Source: Cirrosporium novae-zelandiae (Eukaryota). Taken from it: a DNA stretch of 64,000 bases. The notes under the pieces are model-generated. The model made no database searches and was not told the origin of the DNA. It was given only the letters and a program-made list of their open reading frames with translations. A program made the translations under genes and the position numbers. Position 1 is the first letter of the stretch; each line of letters opens with the position of its first letter. Below, in pieces: positions 47,819 to 60,599 of this stretch. The stretch is taken from NCBI GenBank assembly GCA_026023565.1, contig JAPETS010000006.1, forward strand, positions 496,001-560,000. The letters run 5' to 3'.

Positions 47819-49649
47819 ATGGCATCTCTTGACTCCACTCAGCCAACATCTTCAGATGTCGCTACTACCCATCCTTTTACTTGCAACTCCTGTCAAGTCG
47901 CATTTCGCGCTTCAGAGTCGCAAAGAGCGCATATGAGGAGTGACTGGCAGTAAGTTTTGATAAGATTTGTTAAGCCCCACATATATTTTGTGTCTACTCT
48001 AACATTCTCTTAGTCGGTACAATTTAAAAAGACGAGTAGCTTCACTTCCCCCATTATCTTCCCAAGTCTTTGCGGAAAAGGTGTTATCGGCACAAGCAAA
48101 CTCCTCTGCTGCAGCTGCAAAAGCATCCTTCGAAAAGAGTTGCCAGGCTTGCCAAAAAACATACTTTAGTGAAAATGCGTATCAAAACCATCTAGGCAGT
48201 CAAAAACATAAAGCAAGACTTCTAGCTTTACAAAATGGTCAACATAAAGATGAGACTGCATCCGTCTTGAGCTCTACCTTCTCCCTCGGTGAACCTATAG
48301 AAATTGCTCCAAGCAATATTGCAGACGCAGAAGCAGAAAGAGAATTCTCAAAAGTGATAAATGGATTAAAAGATACATCATTAGATGAGAAAGAACCATT
48401 TTCCCGACGTCCCACAAGACCTCACCATTCGGCTACCGAAGATCGCCCAGGACATCCTCTTTCCAGAACATCGACAGAAAAATCCGACAGCAAAGAAGCG
48501 GTTGATTCAACAGAGACTTCCTCAACCGCTAAGCCTGAAGCTCCCATCTTGAAATGCCTCTTCTGCAATTATGACTCGCCTACTTTCAAGCTCAATGTTC
48601 AACATATGGGAAAATTCCATGGCCTCTTCATCCCAGAGCAAGAATATCTTGTGGATTTACCTGGATTAATTAAATTCCTCCATCGAAAAATCAACAAATA
48701 TAGCCAATGTCTCTACTGTAATAAGATCAAGTCCAACACGGCAGCTGTTCAAACACACATGAAAGACAAGAGCCACTGCATGATTGCCTTTGACTCGGAG
48801 GATCAAATGCTTGAAATTGGAGAATTCTATGACTTCTCTAGTACCTATTCTGCCTCCGAGGATGAGGACTCTGACATGGAGATGACTTCACCAACAGCGG
48901 ATACGGGCTCTGGAGGTGTAAAACTCGGTTCTGGCAGTAAAAAGTCCAAGGTCACAGTCAACAATGAAGATGGTGATGGGGATATAGAATTTAATGAAGA
49001 CGAGGCCAATGCCGATGGCTGGGAGACCGATAGTTCTTTCTCCTCAGTCGACACTGACGAACTCACCTCCGTTCCAATTGACGATCACAGCCATCTCTAT
49101 GAGCGCTTCCACCTCAACCGCCATCACTCCCGCTTAGATGCCCGCCCGCACAAAAATGCTGACGGATTTCATTCACATGCCCACTCTTCCCATCATGCTG
49201 TCTACTATGACGACTATGAATTGCACCTACCTTCTGGCCGCACCGCTGGTCATCGCTCCCTCGCGAGATATTACCGCCAAAATCTCCGTAACAGACCAAC
49301 CCAAGAAGAAAGGTTGCAAAGAATGGCCATTGAAGAGCGTGAGGTTGCCGCTGCAGCGAAAGGATATAACCCCATGTCGGAGCCAGAATCTCCGGATCTG
49401 CCAAGAACAAGAGAAGGAGAACAGGAAGATACCGATGAGAAAAATAAGAATACAAGCAAAGCACTGGTAACTAAGCATAGGGATGAAATGGGTATGATTG
49501 GAGTAAGTGACTCCAAGAAAAGCGAGGTTAAGGCAACGGAGAGGAGAGAGAGGAGAAGGGCACACAGACAAGAGGCCAAGTATCGACAAGGGTTGGACAA
49601 GAGAAATAACAACCAGCGTTTCTATGCCGATCCACTTGGCCCTTCGTAA
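47819..49649 (+). CDS. REI1: pre-60S maturation factor Rei1/ZNF622 (C2H2 zinc fingers)
   Basis: Exon 47819-47949 (HPFTCNSCQVAF..QRAHMRSDW), intron 47950-48013, then 'HRYNLKRRVASLPP', 'CLFCN..HM...HGLFIPE', 'CLYC..HMKDKSHC', 'LPSGRTAGHRSL.RYYRQN'. Confidence 0.93.
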
Positions 49650-49952
49650 AGGATTAATGTACTTATTCGTGAGAATTATTACCATGCAGTTTAGTGATAG
49701 CGAATGCTATCAAGATATGGTTGCTTTTTTTTGATGCTACAAAATTTGGGCGGTAACTCTAGCACTCATGACAGGGCGATGAAAATGGACACGATGGTTA
49801 TGATGAGAAAATGCATATACAATTCCAAACTGTTTGGTGATTTCCACCAGTCGTATTGCCGTCATTGTCTCGATTATACTCTGTGTTATTCCCAATATCA
49901 AGAAGTATACCTAGAAAACAAGGCTAATTGCCCAGTTGTCTTCTATCCTCGC

Positions 49953-50648
49953 TCAAAGCGCGGCCATCACCAAGGCAACAACAGCCCCTCCAGCAACCCA
50001 CTGCGCACTCCCAGTATTTATAGGTAACCCCCCAGTACTAGTCCCACTGCTCGCATCACCCGTCTCCGCAGCCCCGGAACTTTTACTCCCACTCGTCGTC
50101 TTCGCACCCCCACTTATCGTATTCGCACTGCCACTCGTCGTATTCGTACTCCCACTTGCCACCTTCCCCAACCCCGCCGTCACAACCACAGGCAAATAGC
50201 TGATGTCACCGCTTTGCAATGTGGTTGTCATGGCTGTCGAAGTAGCTGTTCCGTTCAAGGAAACCGTAGCTGACTCAATACACATACCGGTAGTGGTGCC
50301 ATCGAGGGAGCAGGAGAGGTAGGCAGTGACGGTATCATAGCTAACTGTGAAGGCAGCCACACCCGAGCCTTCAGCCACGGTAATAGGGGTTGGGAAGTCA
50401 CAGAGATCACTAGAAACGGAGCTCGGGCATGAAACGGCGTAGGTGGTCATGCTAGAGCCCTATAGTAGAAGGTGAGATTAGTGGGATGTACGAATGGTGG
50501 GGACAGGTAGGATAGAACATACAACTTCAACGATAGAACCGAAGAGGGATTGTGGGTCGGTATCCGGGAAGAAGAGAGAGATGGTGCTGGTTTGTGCGGC
50601 TGCTCCCAGGCTCATGACAGCCAGGGCAGTCAGTGTTGAGGCGATCAT
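49953..50648 (-). CDS. GPI-anchored Ser/Thr-rich cell-surface protein
   Basis: Signal peptide MIASTLTALAVMSLGAAAQ, intron 50522-50460, 'TTYAVSC..C..C..C', 'PVVVTAGL.K', S/T/G-rich stalk, hydrophobic C-terminal GPI signal. Confidence 0.87.
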
Positions 50649-51245
50649 CTTGATTAATGATTGTGTAAATTCAATATGGGACATTCAATGATGCATGAAC
50701 GAATGTATGGGAATAACAACACAAATTTCCTCGTATGTTGGAGGCGCGAAGAAGACATTTAAACAACACAGCAAGCGCACCAAATTCACGGAATCCTTCC
50801 CATTATATCGAAAAAAGGGCAGTGCTAAGAGCCCCCCCACATGGTCAATAAAATCAGGACATACAGTAGTACATGCCAAGGGGACCAAGTTAATCAGGGG
50901 CGAATAAATCCATCAGTTGTTGGACAATGGCTTCAAAGGACGTGCAGTATCTCAAACGATGTAACAATCAGTTTAGTGGGCAAGGCTGATAGATATAAGA
51001 GGGAGTATTCAAGGCCTCGGGCAAAGCTCAAGGCCAAGGGTTTCTTGCATCAAATCTTGGAATCTTCAAATCTCCACCGAATCCTACGCCAAGACTCAAG
51101 CTTACCCATGAAGCTTAAAATGCCGGAGAGTCAATTGGTTACCTTAATGTATCTAAAACATTCATCAATCATGTCCTTTCCTGTCGTGTTACTTTCGATA
51201 GGTAGAAATGAAAACGACCAGATGTCAAGGATCAAGCTCCGATAG

Positions 51246-51470
51246 TGTAGGTAGCGGTACTGGTGCGTTGATTGCGCGTAACGTAGTAGTATCTTAATAG
51301 TAGTGCATCAGTATAATACAAGACTGAAAGCTGAACTTTCCCAGTCTCCTCTTTTCCCTTTATATAAAGTCCTTATTCTATTTGTGATGCGTTACCCTTA
51401 TCGGTGACTTATCGGCGCCATGTAGCGCCACATTCCCGCCTACGTTCCGCCTTCGGTCCGTTGGTCTAAA
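51246..51470 (-). mobile_element. probable solo LTR relic (~225 bp)
   Basis: Minus strand has two CCGATAAG motifs, then TATATAAA, and ends ..GCTACCTACA. The 5' terminus is degenerate (TTTAGACC, or CGTAGG at 51444). Flanks GATAG/GGAAG only partly match. Confidence 0.35.
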
Positions 51471-51752
51471 GGAAGTAAAGAAAATAAGAAAATCGCAGAG
51501 ACAAGAATTCATACGTTATTCACGACATCACCAATTTTTCTCCTCCAGGAACTCTTTTTTATACTTGGAAAATCACCTCAGAAAATTCCAGGTGAAACAT
51601 CGTTACATTAGTCGTTCGATTAAAAAAAAAGCAAGCAATACGAAGGTTAAAACTAGCGTCGCCGCAAAGTATCGGGTGATTGATGACTAGTGACACGATA
51701 AGATTTCTACTACTTTACAAGGGAAAAGTATAGTCTATTTGACATCACCTTA

Positions 51753-52985
51753 TTATTGGATGGAGCATGTATTCTTCCGCACGTCCTCATACTCCCCATA
51801 GACACTCAGCCATGAACTCCGATCTGCACAAGGAGGCCTATCTGTATAAGTTTTCTTCTCATCCACACATGCTGGCACAGCCGCGTTCCACTGCTGCTCA
51901 GTGTGCGACTTCCAAGGCTTTGGCAGCGGCCAGTCACTAAAGTGTACAAAAAACGCCCTCGAAAGCTCAGCATGGGCGTTCCATTCATTCGCTCCCTCTC
52001 CCTCCAAATACATCTGATGATCCGTGCTCCGAAACTCTCCCGTGAGAAGCGCCAGGCGCCTGTGGGGTAGAATCATGGCCGAGTTATTGAAAAGATGATT
52101 AACAATTTCCATATCGAAATCCCCTGTGCGTTTGGCCTCCTGTTCGATGCGCTCGTAGATTCGGTCGTCCGGCTCCAGAAGCATTATGTGCGAGGCGAGG
52201 ACTTGTTCGCCGAGAGCTGCGTGGGGGTCGTTCAGCCAGTAGGCTCGCGGAACCGCCAACTGGCACTTGGGCGAGAGGAATAGGTGGTCCATGTTGTTGA
52301 GCACAAGAGAGTCGGAGTCGAAGCTCAGCACGCGCGTGTAGTCTGTGAGTCGGAACGCTTGGAATTTCGTCAGAGAATCCCGCCAGGTGGCGTCGCCGGA
52401 GGAGGTAGAGAGTATATCGACAGGCTTCAAGATAAGCCTCGGGAAACGGAGGCGCGCCGCAGCTAGTAGCTTTGCCTCGCGTGAGTCTGGAGACTGCAGC
52501 GAGTGTGAGTTAGCTAGTGTAGGAATGATTTTCTTCGTGAGCCAAGCCTGGCCGTTCTTTACCTTTCCGTCCCATACTGATGGGTACATTATCACGATAT
52601 CCGCCTGCACTTCCAGCCGCTCCAGTTTATGAACATTAATCATCTACCTCACAAAATCAATCATCAAATATCCTCAAACCCTTTGCTCCAGCCAACTCAC
52701 AGCATTGCACATATAGTCCGCATGGGTTGTATACTGCACGTATGCGAACCGCGGGGTCTTTATCTCAGATGTCCACCATGCCGCCGAAAGCAGGGAACTG
52801 CCATTCACTCCCGACACCGTGCTACTAATTCCATGATTGCTAGTGCTACCTTTGGAGAAAATGTTGGAAAGAGACCCAGGTCGAAGGAGCACCGTCCTGT
52901 TATACACGATCGACAGCACCAGGAAGGAGAAAAGAAAGGCGGCTATAAACACACGGAATAATCGGGCGGACTGAAGGCATAACAT
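51753..52985 (-). CDS. glycosyltransferase family 8 protein (Gnt1-like), type II membrane
   Basis: N-terminal TM, 'FAYVQY.T...YMCNA', intron 52700-52644, 'W.DSLTKF.AF..TDY.RVL.FDSDS' (DxD), 'AVPRAYWL', 'DMEIVN', 'VHFSDWPLPKPW'. Confidence 0.88.
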
Positions 52986-53453
52986 GTTTTTTTTGTCCGT
53001 TTTCTTCTGACATAAACCAAGACAAAAAAAAGATTGTCTAATAGACAAGCTTAAAAATCCATAGCCTTGGTTTCATGGGACACTATATATGTACCAGTAC
53101 TATACCTACAAGTAGATATATGATACGAGTTGAGGCTGTGCAAAACACGCTATGACCCCTTCTACCTCCTGCGCATGTTAGATATATGTAATGACCATTG
53201 ACCGGATATGGGAGCCCGGTAGTTAGATGGATGCATAACTCTCTCCCCCATCCATTCATCCAACAGGTAATTAAACTAACAAAAATTCATTATAATTATT
53301 ATAATCATCATTATAACCATCATTATAGTTATTCAAGGGCTTTGTATGGATGCGCTAGTCTAATGATTCGGAGTTTCGATCTCCCGCTCGTTCTCCGAAC
53401 CTTATTTAGGAAGGCAAGGCTAGATATTATTTACTTCTCCCCAATAACTAATT

Positions 53454-53479
53454 TCTTCTTCTTCTTCTTCTTCTTCTTC
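53454..53479. repeat. (TTC)n microsatellite
   Basis: Uninterrupted TTC run. Confidence 0.85.
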
Positions 53480-54464
53480 AACTTAGAACAACAACAACGT
53501 GTTGCAGAGGCATACTATAGAGGCATACTATTCATTTTTCTACTCGAAGAATTTAATATACAATTTGTGGGTCACCTGATCAAGGTCATCATTATGGGGG
53601 ACCAACACTCCCTAACACAACGGTCTCTCCATTACTCTCTACTCTCCCTACTCTATGTCGGTTCGGTAGTTAGTTAATAGGGTTACAGCACATGTCCTCT
53701 ATATGAATAGAGGATAAATCTATTATGATTACTGATAACTCCGGCGAAAGGAAGAGGAGGAGAAGAAGAGGATGTCCTGCACCTGCGCATTGTTAAGAGA
53801 TTTGTTTTTTCTGTTTTTTGTTTTTTGTTTTTGGATGAGCCTCACCCCCCACGAATAGTTCTGGAATACTATGGCTTTTCGTCCAAGGAAGTGTTTTGGA
53901 TTTTTGGTTTGGTTGGAAGGTGGGTTTTGTTTGTTTGTTCGTCTGTCTGTTTGGCTGTTTGATATATATATGTGTGTGGGGGCTTGTGATATGTCTTTAG
54001 GAGGGTGTATTTTTTGGGCCATCCACTATCGGGTTGACACGTCGAATGGTGGCATGATTGCCATCCCCAGTTATACCATCTGCTAAAGCTGCGGTTGATA
54101 TGGCAGGTGGAAAAATCTAGCAATCTTGAAACACGAAAGATCGGCATATTTATGTTGCAATGATATTTCGAGAGAGGCCTTATTGGAACGGCTCTAAGAG
54201 TTGTTGCGGCTGTGAGGTTATAAATAGACGTTATTTAGGGCTCTGGCGGTGAGTGCTCTCGAGGGTTATATATCCTCTAAGACCCGAAAGGTGAATGGAG
54301 CAACATGACATGGGATCAGGTCACAAAGCATGGGACAGAGTAAGGAGAGTAAAGCAAATGTCTTCGTATTCATGAAAGTCAACTAATCCAACCAATACAA
54401 AAATCCCCTGGAAACGCCCCCCCCCTTCCCCCAACAAGATGGCAAATCGCTATGATGGTTCTTT

Positions 54465-56247
54465 TTAGAGTGGACTCTCACCCGCGTGATAAAATCTGTC
54501 CCTCATATTTTCTAAATCCGCATCGCACTGCTGCCTAATTTTGGTACCCATAAGACCCCTCGGATTGAAAGGTCTCCTAGTTTCACTCCTTTGCAGATCT
54601 TCCAACTCCTTCATATCCGGTATTACAAAATCGTCATTCTCGCAGTGGAAGTTGACGTGCTTCGTCACTGGAAAGAATTGATTGTGTCGACAAATGGGAC
54701 AAGGCCATCCTTGTGAACGGTAGGTATCCCAATATGGGAAAATGCATTCGGGATGGAACGGATGACCGCAACGGAGCCTACTAGATTGGTTAGGGGGGTG
54801 GTTGCATTCCAGAGAGTTGATAATACTCACCTCATTACAACTTCAAGGTCTTTGAAATCGGTTGTGCAGATATCACAAGAACGATCTTGCATTCGGATAA
54901 TGTCGTACATGTCAACAGGCTTGACTGCTAATAGATCCTTGCTAGATCCTGATGTGATATTTCTAATTCTGGTAATAATGTCATTGAGTTTGTGAAAACC
55001 AGCATCGATATATAATTCCAATCCTGCCCAGGGGCGGCCGAATCCCCAGTCCCGGATGAGCCTATAGTCAAACAGATTCGACAACTCCGCCCCGATATAC
55101 CTCGCGGCATCGTCAGCTTTAGGCCAATGTTTTGACTCGAGGTGGGATAGAAACGCATGTTGGCCGCTTTCAATCAATTTCTTTTTCGTGTCCCATGCAC
55201 AGATGAAGATTCGTTTCCGAATTGATTCATCTTCGACATGCAAAAATCGTAGTCGATGCTCGAAATCGGCGTGAGCGGACAAGCACATTACCATGACACG
55301 GGAAATTCGAGGGACGGTGGTATATGCCTACTCGTATTCAATCAACACTGTGGTTTGTTTATAACTTTAATTCTATGAGAAACTTTGGGGACTGCTGAAT
55401 TCCATTTTGCTCAAACGTCCCAATAGTCCTTAAAGAAGATACCAAATAGAAAAAAAAACTTTGAAGCAGATTGTCCAGCGAGAATATTGAGAAGCTAAAG
55501 AAGGACTACAGGGAGGTGCTAACTTACATCATAAACGGCTTTCAATCTGTCCATATGCCGTTCATATGCCCACATATCCGCCGCTGCCATTGCCCGTATT
55601 CCTTCCACGCAAGACCTTCGGAGTTCATTGGTCCAATGGAGAGTTATATCCTCAATTTCATACCTTTTATCTATCTCTTTATTTAGGTTGTATTTTTCCT
55701 TTTCCAAGGAGGCTAGATCTTTTGCTTTGGCTACCAAGGTTTCTTCTAATTCGGTTGCACGAATTTCAACACTGACAGGTTGCCTGTGCTGGTCGTACCA
55801 GCAAGGACATAGCTCTTTGTAATGTAGCATCCTCAACCAGTCATCTGCATAATATCGGAACATTTTAGAAAGTGTTTCTGATCCATACAGAGATAGACCG
55901 CCCAGCTCATCTTGTGACAAATTCTGCTGGATATTATTCCCGTTTGCATCAGGTACACCCTGGAACTTTGCATGGCGACGATCCGAAAATCTCAATAGGT
56001 CTGGAGTCCAGTCGGCGTAGGCTCGAACCATTGATTTTAATGACATGAGCATATCTCTATCAACCTTGTCGTTAGGCTTTTGGTTCAATACCCATCTACA
56101 CAGTATATCCATATGTGTTGATGCTCCTTCACCAAATAACTTGACTGGGTCATATTGACTGTTCGCCCAGGCAGACCTATAGGTATCAGTGGTATTTGCG
56201 ATAATTCGTCGAGTAAGGTTCCTGGAGGAAGAGCGGTTCGCTGCCAT
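54465..56247 (-). CDS. RING-H2 finger protein (putative E3 ligase) with unrecognised N-terminal and coiled-coil region
   Basis: Exons 56247-55528, 55327-54831 and 54780-54465 splice in frame (GTAAGT..TAG; GTGAGT..CTAAC..TAG), giving 'CDIC..RLRCGHPFHPEC..W..CPIC'. A further 3' exon is possible. Confidence 0.72.
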
Positions 56248-56644
56248 ATTTAATGTTCTTAGGTGCCACACAATAATACGAAGAATAGATAGCAATTGAG
56301 AAGGGAACAAAATAGACACAAATACCGATCAACTAGAACATAAAATATAATTTAGAGCTAATCAAAAAGTATGTTAGTGATTTGAAGCTAAGTTCAGAAA
56401 TATTATAGATGCCAATGATATAATGATATAAAATAATAACAAAGGCATTACTATTCCTACCACGATAGAAAGAAAAGGCAATGGAGACATGGTCGTTTTC
56501 GGCCATGTGAGAAACATATTCTGAATGGGTACTGATTTATTTAAGGAGAGCCCTTATACTTGATATCTTCTTTGTTTGGATCAATGCAACCAAATAATGA
56601 ATGGGTTGGGTTGAGCTATCAAGGGTATCGAGGGTTAGTTGAGG

Positions 56645-56770
56645 CACGTGCCAGCGTTACCCTGCCGACCTGTATCTTTCTCGCTTAAACTCGGTAATTA
56701 GCGGCAACGGTTGCTTCTGGCGCGATGTTTACTCCTGGTCTTGGCGATAACACTTAATACTTTGTAAACA
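56645..56770. promoter_or_regulatory. forkhead-type sites (TGTTTAC, GTAAACA) and CACGTG upstream of BUB1
   Basis: CACGTG at 56645, TGTTTAC at 56726-56732 and GTAAACA at 56764-56770; the BUB1 ATG is at 56821. Confidence 0.4.
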
Positions 56771-56820
56771 ATAATCACAAGCAACACCCAACCCTCCCTC
56801 AACATACAATTCAACTCACC

Positions 56821-59800
56821 ATGTCGGTCTCTGAAGATTTGATCAATTTTGATATTATTGAGACTCAAAAAGAAAATATACAAGCTCTTCCCAGCGGACG
56901 ATCAGCAAAAGCTTTAGCTTCTATTTTCTCTCCCGCACCATATGGAAAAACATCTTTGCCTACGCCCTCTGATACAAAAAATCTAAACGATGCAATTCGC
57001 CAGGAATATGAACAGGAGCTTTTAACTATATCAGAATCTGACGACCCATTGGATGTATATGACCGTTATGTGAGATGGACTCTCAATGCTTATCCCTCTG
57101 CCCAAGCAACACCAGAATCACACCTCTTACCGCTTCTTGAGCGAGCCACGAAAGCGTTTCTCTCATCCTCCATATACAAGAATGATCCGAGATATCTAAA
57201 GCTGTGGCTACACTATATACGGTTCTTCTCCGATTCTCCTCGAGAAACATATATATTCCTGGCACGGCATAACATTGGAGAGAGCCTAGCGCTTTTCTAT
57301 GAGGAGTTTGCTGCATGGTTAGAAGGAGCGGGAAGGTGGAATCAAGCAGAAGAGGTCTATCGGTTGGGCCTTGAGCGGGAAGCGAAGCCCGCAGAGCGAC
57401 TACTAAGAAAATTTGGAGATTTTCAGAACCGCTTTGAGCAAAGACCTCAAGATGGCAATGATCCTGCTTCGCCGGCGTTACCAGCTGTTCGACCTGCTTT
57501 AGCAGCTAAGATCGACCCCTTCCATACCTCGACGCCAAGAACCCCCGACCCTCAGGCTTCGCGGCTACCATCTACTACCTCGAAAAGGAGTGGAAAGCAA
57601 AAACTAGCCATCTTTTCGGACGCAGATAATGGCGAGAGCGGGAGTGGAGGTGGGAGTGGCATACTCGGCGGAGCAAAAGGTTGGGAAAATATTGGATCTA
57701 TACAAGAACGGAAAAAGGAAAACACCGTGCGAGCGAAGCCATGGGCTGGTGAAACATTGAAGGCCGGGAAGAAGAATGTGGGGGTCTCAAAAATGGCAGT
57801 GTTCAAAGACGAGGTATGAATTTCCTTGTATTTCCCCGAACAATCTGTTGATGTTCATAGGACTAATGATTGGTCACAATTATATTATAATGTAGACATC
57901 TACAATGAAATTACAAAAGGATTCCCATATAATTACCCAAAATCCTAAGACTGGCCGACGAGAGATGGCGTTTGTTCATATGGAGGCTGTCTACCCTGGA
58001 TATCCTCAAGATATGGCCCAAGAAGTCAGTTTTGAGGAGCTACGTGCGAAGCATCGGGGCTGGCTCAATAGAAATTGGGCCATGGAGAGGTTCCATCAGG
58101 ATAAGCATCCGAAACAAGAGACTCGCACCTTTAGGGAATCAGCGGAAACCTTGGTGGAACCTACGGAGGAGCAAGCACACAACCTAGATACGGATGATAT
58201 AAGCCGAGGAAATTCCGGCGACCTTCTTGACCTTAGTTTGGAAGAAAATACCGGAGATACTCAGACTGAAACCGATAATACCACGCCCAATGTATCGAAG
58301 GAGAACGGCCGGGGAGTAAAGAGCGGGCGTACCAAGAAATATAAGATAAGAGAAGTCAAAGGCGAGACACAAACAAGTATATTCCGTTTTTAGTCTAACT
58401 TTACGAACTCCTGCTCACCTAGTGCACAGTCAAAACGAACCTCGACTCTCCTACGGGGCCGAAATTGAAACGCAAGAACTCAACTTCACAGGAACCAACA
58501 ATGACTTTTCATACGAGAGCGGCAACTGATGAAATCTACGATATTTTTAATCAGCCTCTCAAGAGCCAGAAGCATGATGACGATGATAGTGTTTATGAAA
58601 CAGAATATGACGAAGACGATTATACTGATGCTGGAGAAAGTACGGGCACCGGCAGGATATCCTGCCCTAGTGAAGTAGCAAGTGAAATTGGAGACGATGA
58701 AACAGGAATTAAGAGTGCTGCGGACGAGACGAGTATACACAGTGTCAGCGAATGGTCCGACTTCACAAAAACCAAGCATGTTCCCAAGATAGGAGACGAG
58801 GATGAAGAAGATGGTACCACAGGAATGGCTGCAAACGGAGAGCAAATCCATAGATCGACCACTCCTCCTTCTCCGTCTCAGCTAGAACATGATCCAATTG
58901 CGGCAAAATTCATACCTGTTCCCCCTGAGGACTATGAACCGCCAGTTGGCCCTTACCGCGATCCTTTATATACCTCCCAAAATCGGCTCCCCTTTATGAC
59001 ACCAATAGTGGAGAGAACGGAGTGCTCAACCGTTTTCAACGACAGAGAAAGTCTTGCCTCCAAAACACCTTCTCGAAACACAAATGGCAATACTCCCTCC
59101 ATACCTGAAGACGACGGCGAATTTCCAAGCAGCCCCTTTCAAGAGGTCACAAGTGAATTAATCCCAACTGGAGAAGACAAATCTCAGCCTTTAGATTTTA
59201 GCCAGTCAAAAGAACCTAAGGATCATGAATCCAAGCCTAAGACCAGGGGAACTCTCCCGATTAGAGAGATAGTGCCAAAGGGCCCCATCATAAACGACAC
59301 GCAATGTAACCCGATGGACGAAAGTGTCCGGCAAGCAATCTTCGGTAGCCTTCAACCACCTTTATCAGTGTATGAGGGCTTTTTCGACCAAAGACCAGCA
59401 ACATACAGCAAAGGCTCCGAAATTCGCAAATACGCCAAAGCCCTCTCCAAACTAGCCAAAAGCGGCGGCGAAAAGACAGCAACTGTATCTATCCCTCCAA
59501 CTCTCAGCTTCGAAGGCACTGATAGAAAATACATGATCAAACGCGAGCTTGGAAAAGGTGCTTTCGCCCCCGTGTATCTCGTCGAGAACGTCTCCCCAGA
59601 CTCATGCTCAGAAAACGACGAGAATGAAGTAGCGCAGATGGGAAAGGGATTATTCTCTGCCCACACCCGCCGAGATCTAGAAGCAATTAAAATGGAAGAT
59701 CCGCCTACACCATGGGAATTCTACATCATGCGACAAGCTCATCGTCGGTTGGGCGTCAGCCGGCCCGCAGAGTCCATCATCCACGCATATGAATTTCACC

Positions 59801-60588
59801 TCTTCGCTGATGAGGGATACCTAGTTGAGGAATACCGCGACCAGGGAACCCTTCTCGATCTCATCAACATCGCTCGAACCGAGACATCCAACACGAGCGG
59901 CGGTGGCATGGATGAACACGTAGCTATGTTTTTTACCGTGGAGCTACTCCGCACGGTAGAAGCCCTGCACGCAAAGAGCCTCATCCACGGAGACCTGAAA
60001 GCAGACAACTGTCTCGTACGCTTCGACACTCTCTCCAACGACAACGAATGGTCCCCTCACTACGCACGAGACGGCACAGGCGGCTGGTCCTCCAAAGGCA
60101 TCGCCCTCATCGACTTTGGGCGCGGCATCGACATGAAAATCTTCCAACCCAACGTCCAATTCATCGCCGACTGGAAAACGGGACCCACTGATTGCGCCGA
60201 GATGCGAGAACTTCGACCCTGGACCTTCCAGGTAGACTACCACGGTCTCGCGGGCATCATCCACTCGATGCTCTTCGGAAAATACATCGACACCGTCGCG
60301 GAGAAGAGCCAGGGCCTCAGTCTCGGAAGCGGCGCCACAAAGCACCATCGAATCCGAGAACCACTGAAGCGATATTGGCAACAGGATATCTGGGGTGAGA
60401 TTTTCGACCTGCTGCTGAATAGCGGCAGGTTCGTGGATGGTGAAGAGGGTGGGAAGTTGCCGGTACCGAAGGGTATGAAGAGGTGTAGGGAGATGATGGA
60501 GGAGTGGCTGGAGGTTAACGCGGAGAAGAAGGGTCTAAGGGCCGCTTTAAAGAGACTCGAGGCTGCGGTTAGGGAGAAGAGGAGGTAG
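56821..60588 (+). CDS. BUB1: spindle checkpoint kinase Bub1/MadBub (SldA-like)
   Basis: KEN box 'QKENIQ', TPR domain 'DDPLD.Y..Y..W..YKNDPRYLKLWL', second KEN, GLEBS 'EVSFEELRA', CD1 'PTMTFHTRAATDEIYDIF', kinase 'LGKGAFAPVY', 'HGDLKADN', 'DFG'. Introns 57814-57895 and 58377-58429. Confidence 0.95.
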
Positions 60589-60599
60589 AGAGAGGGAGA

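Noticed and set aside
53198..54147. ORFs of 71-159 aa on both strands
   Set aside because: They are driven by (TTC)n, (CATTAT)n and T-rich low complexity, with no splice or motif support.
54278..54297. AAGACCCGAAAGGTGAA, reminiscent of an LSU rRNA segment
   Set aside because: Short gapped match only; the flanks show no rRNA similarity.
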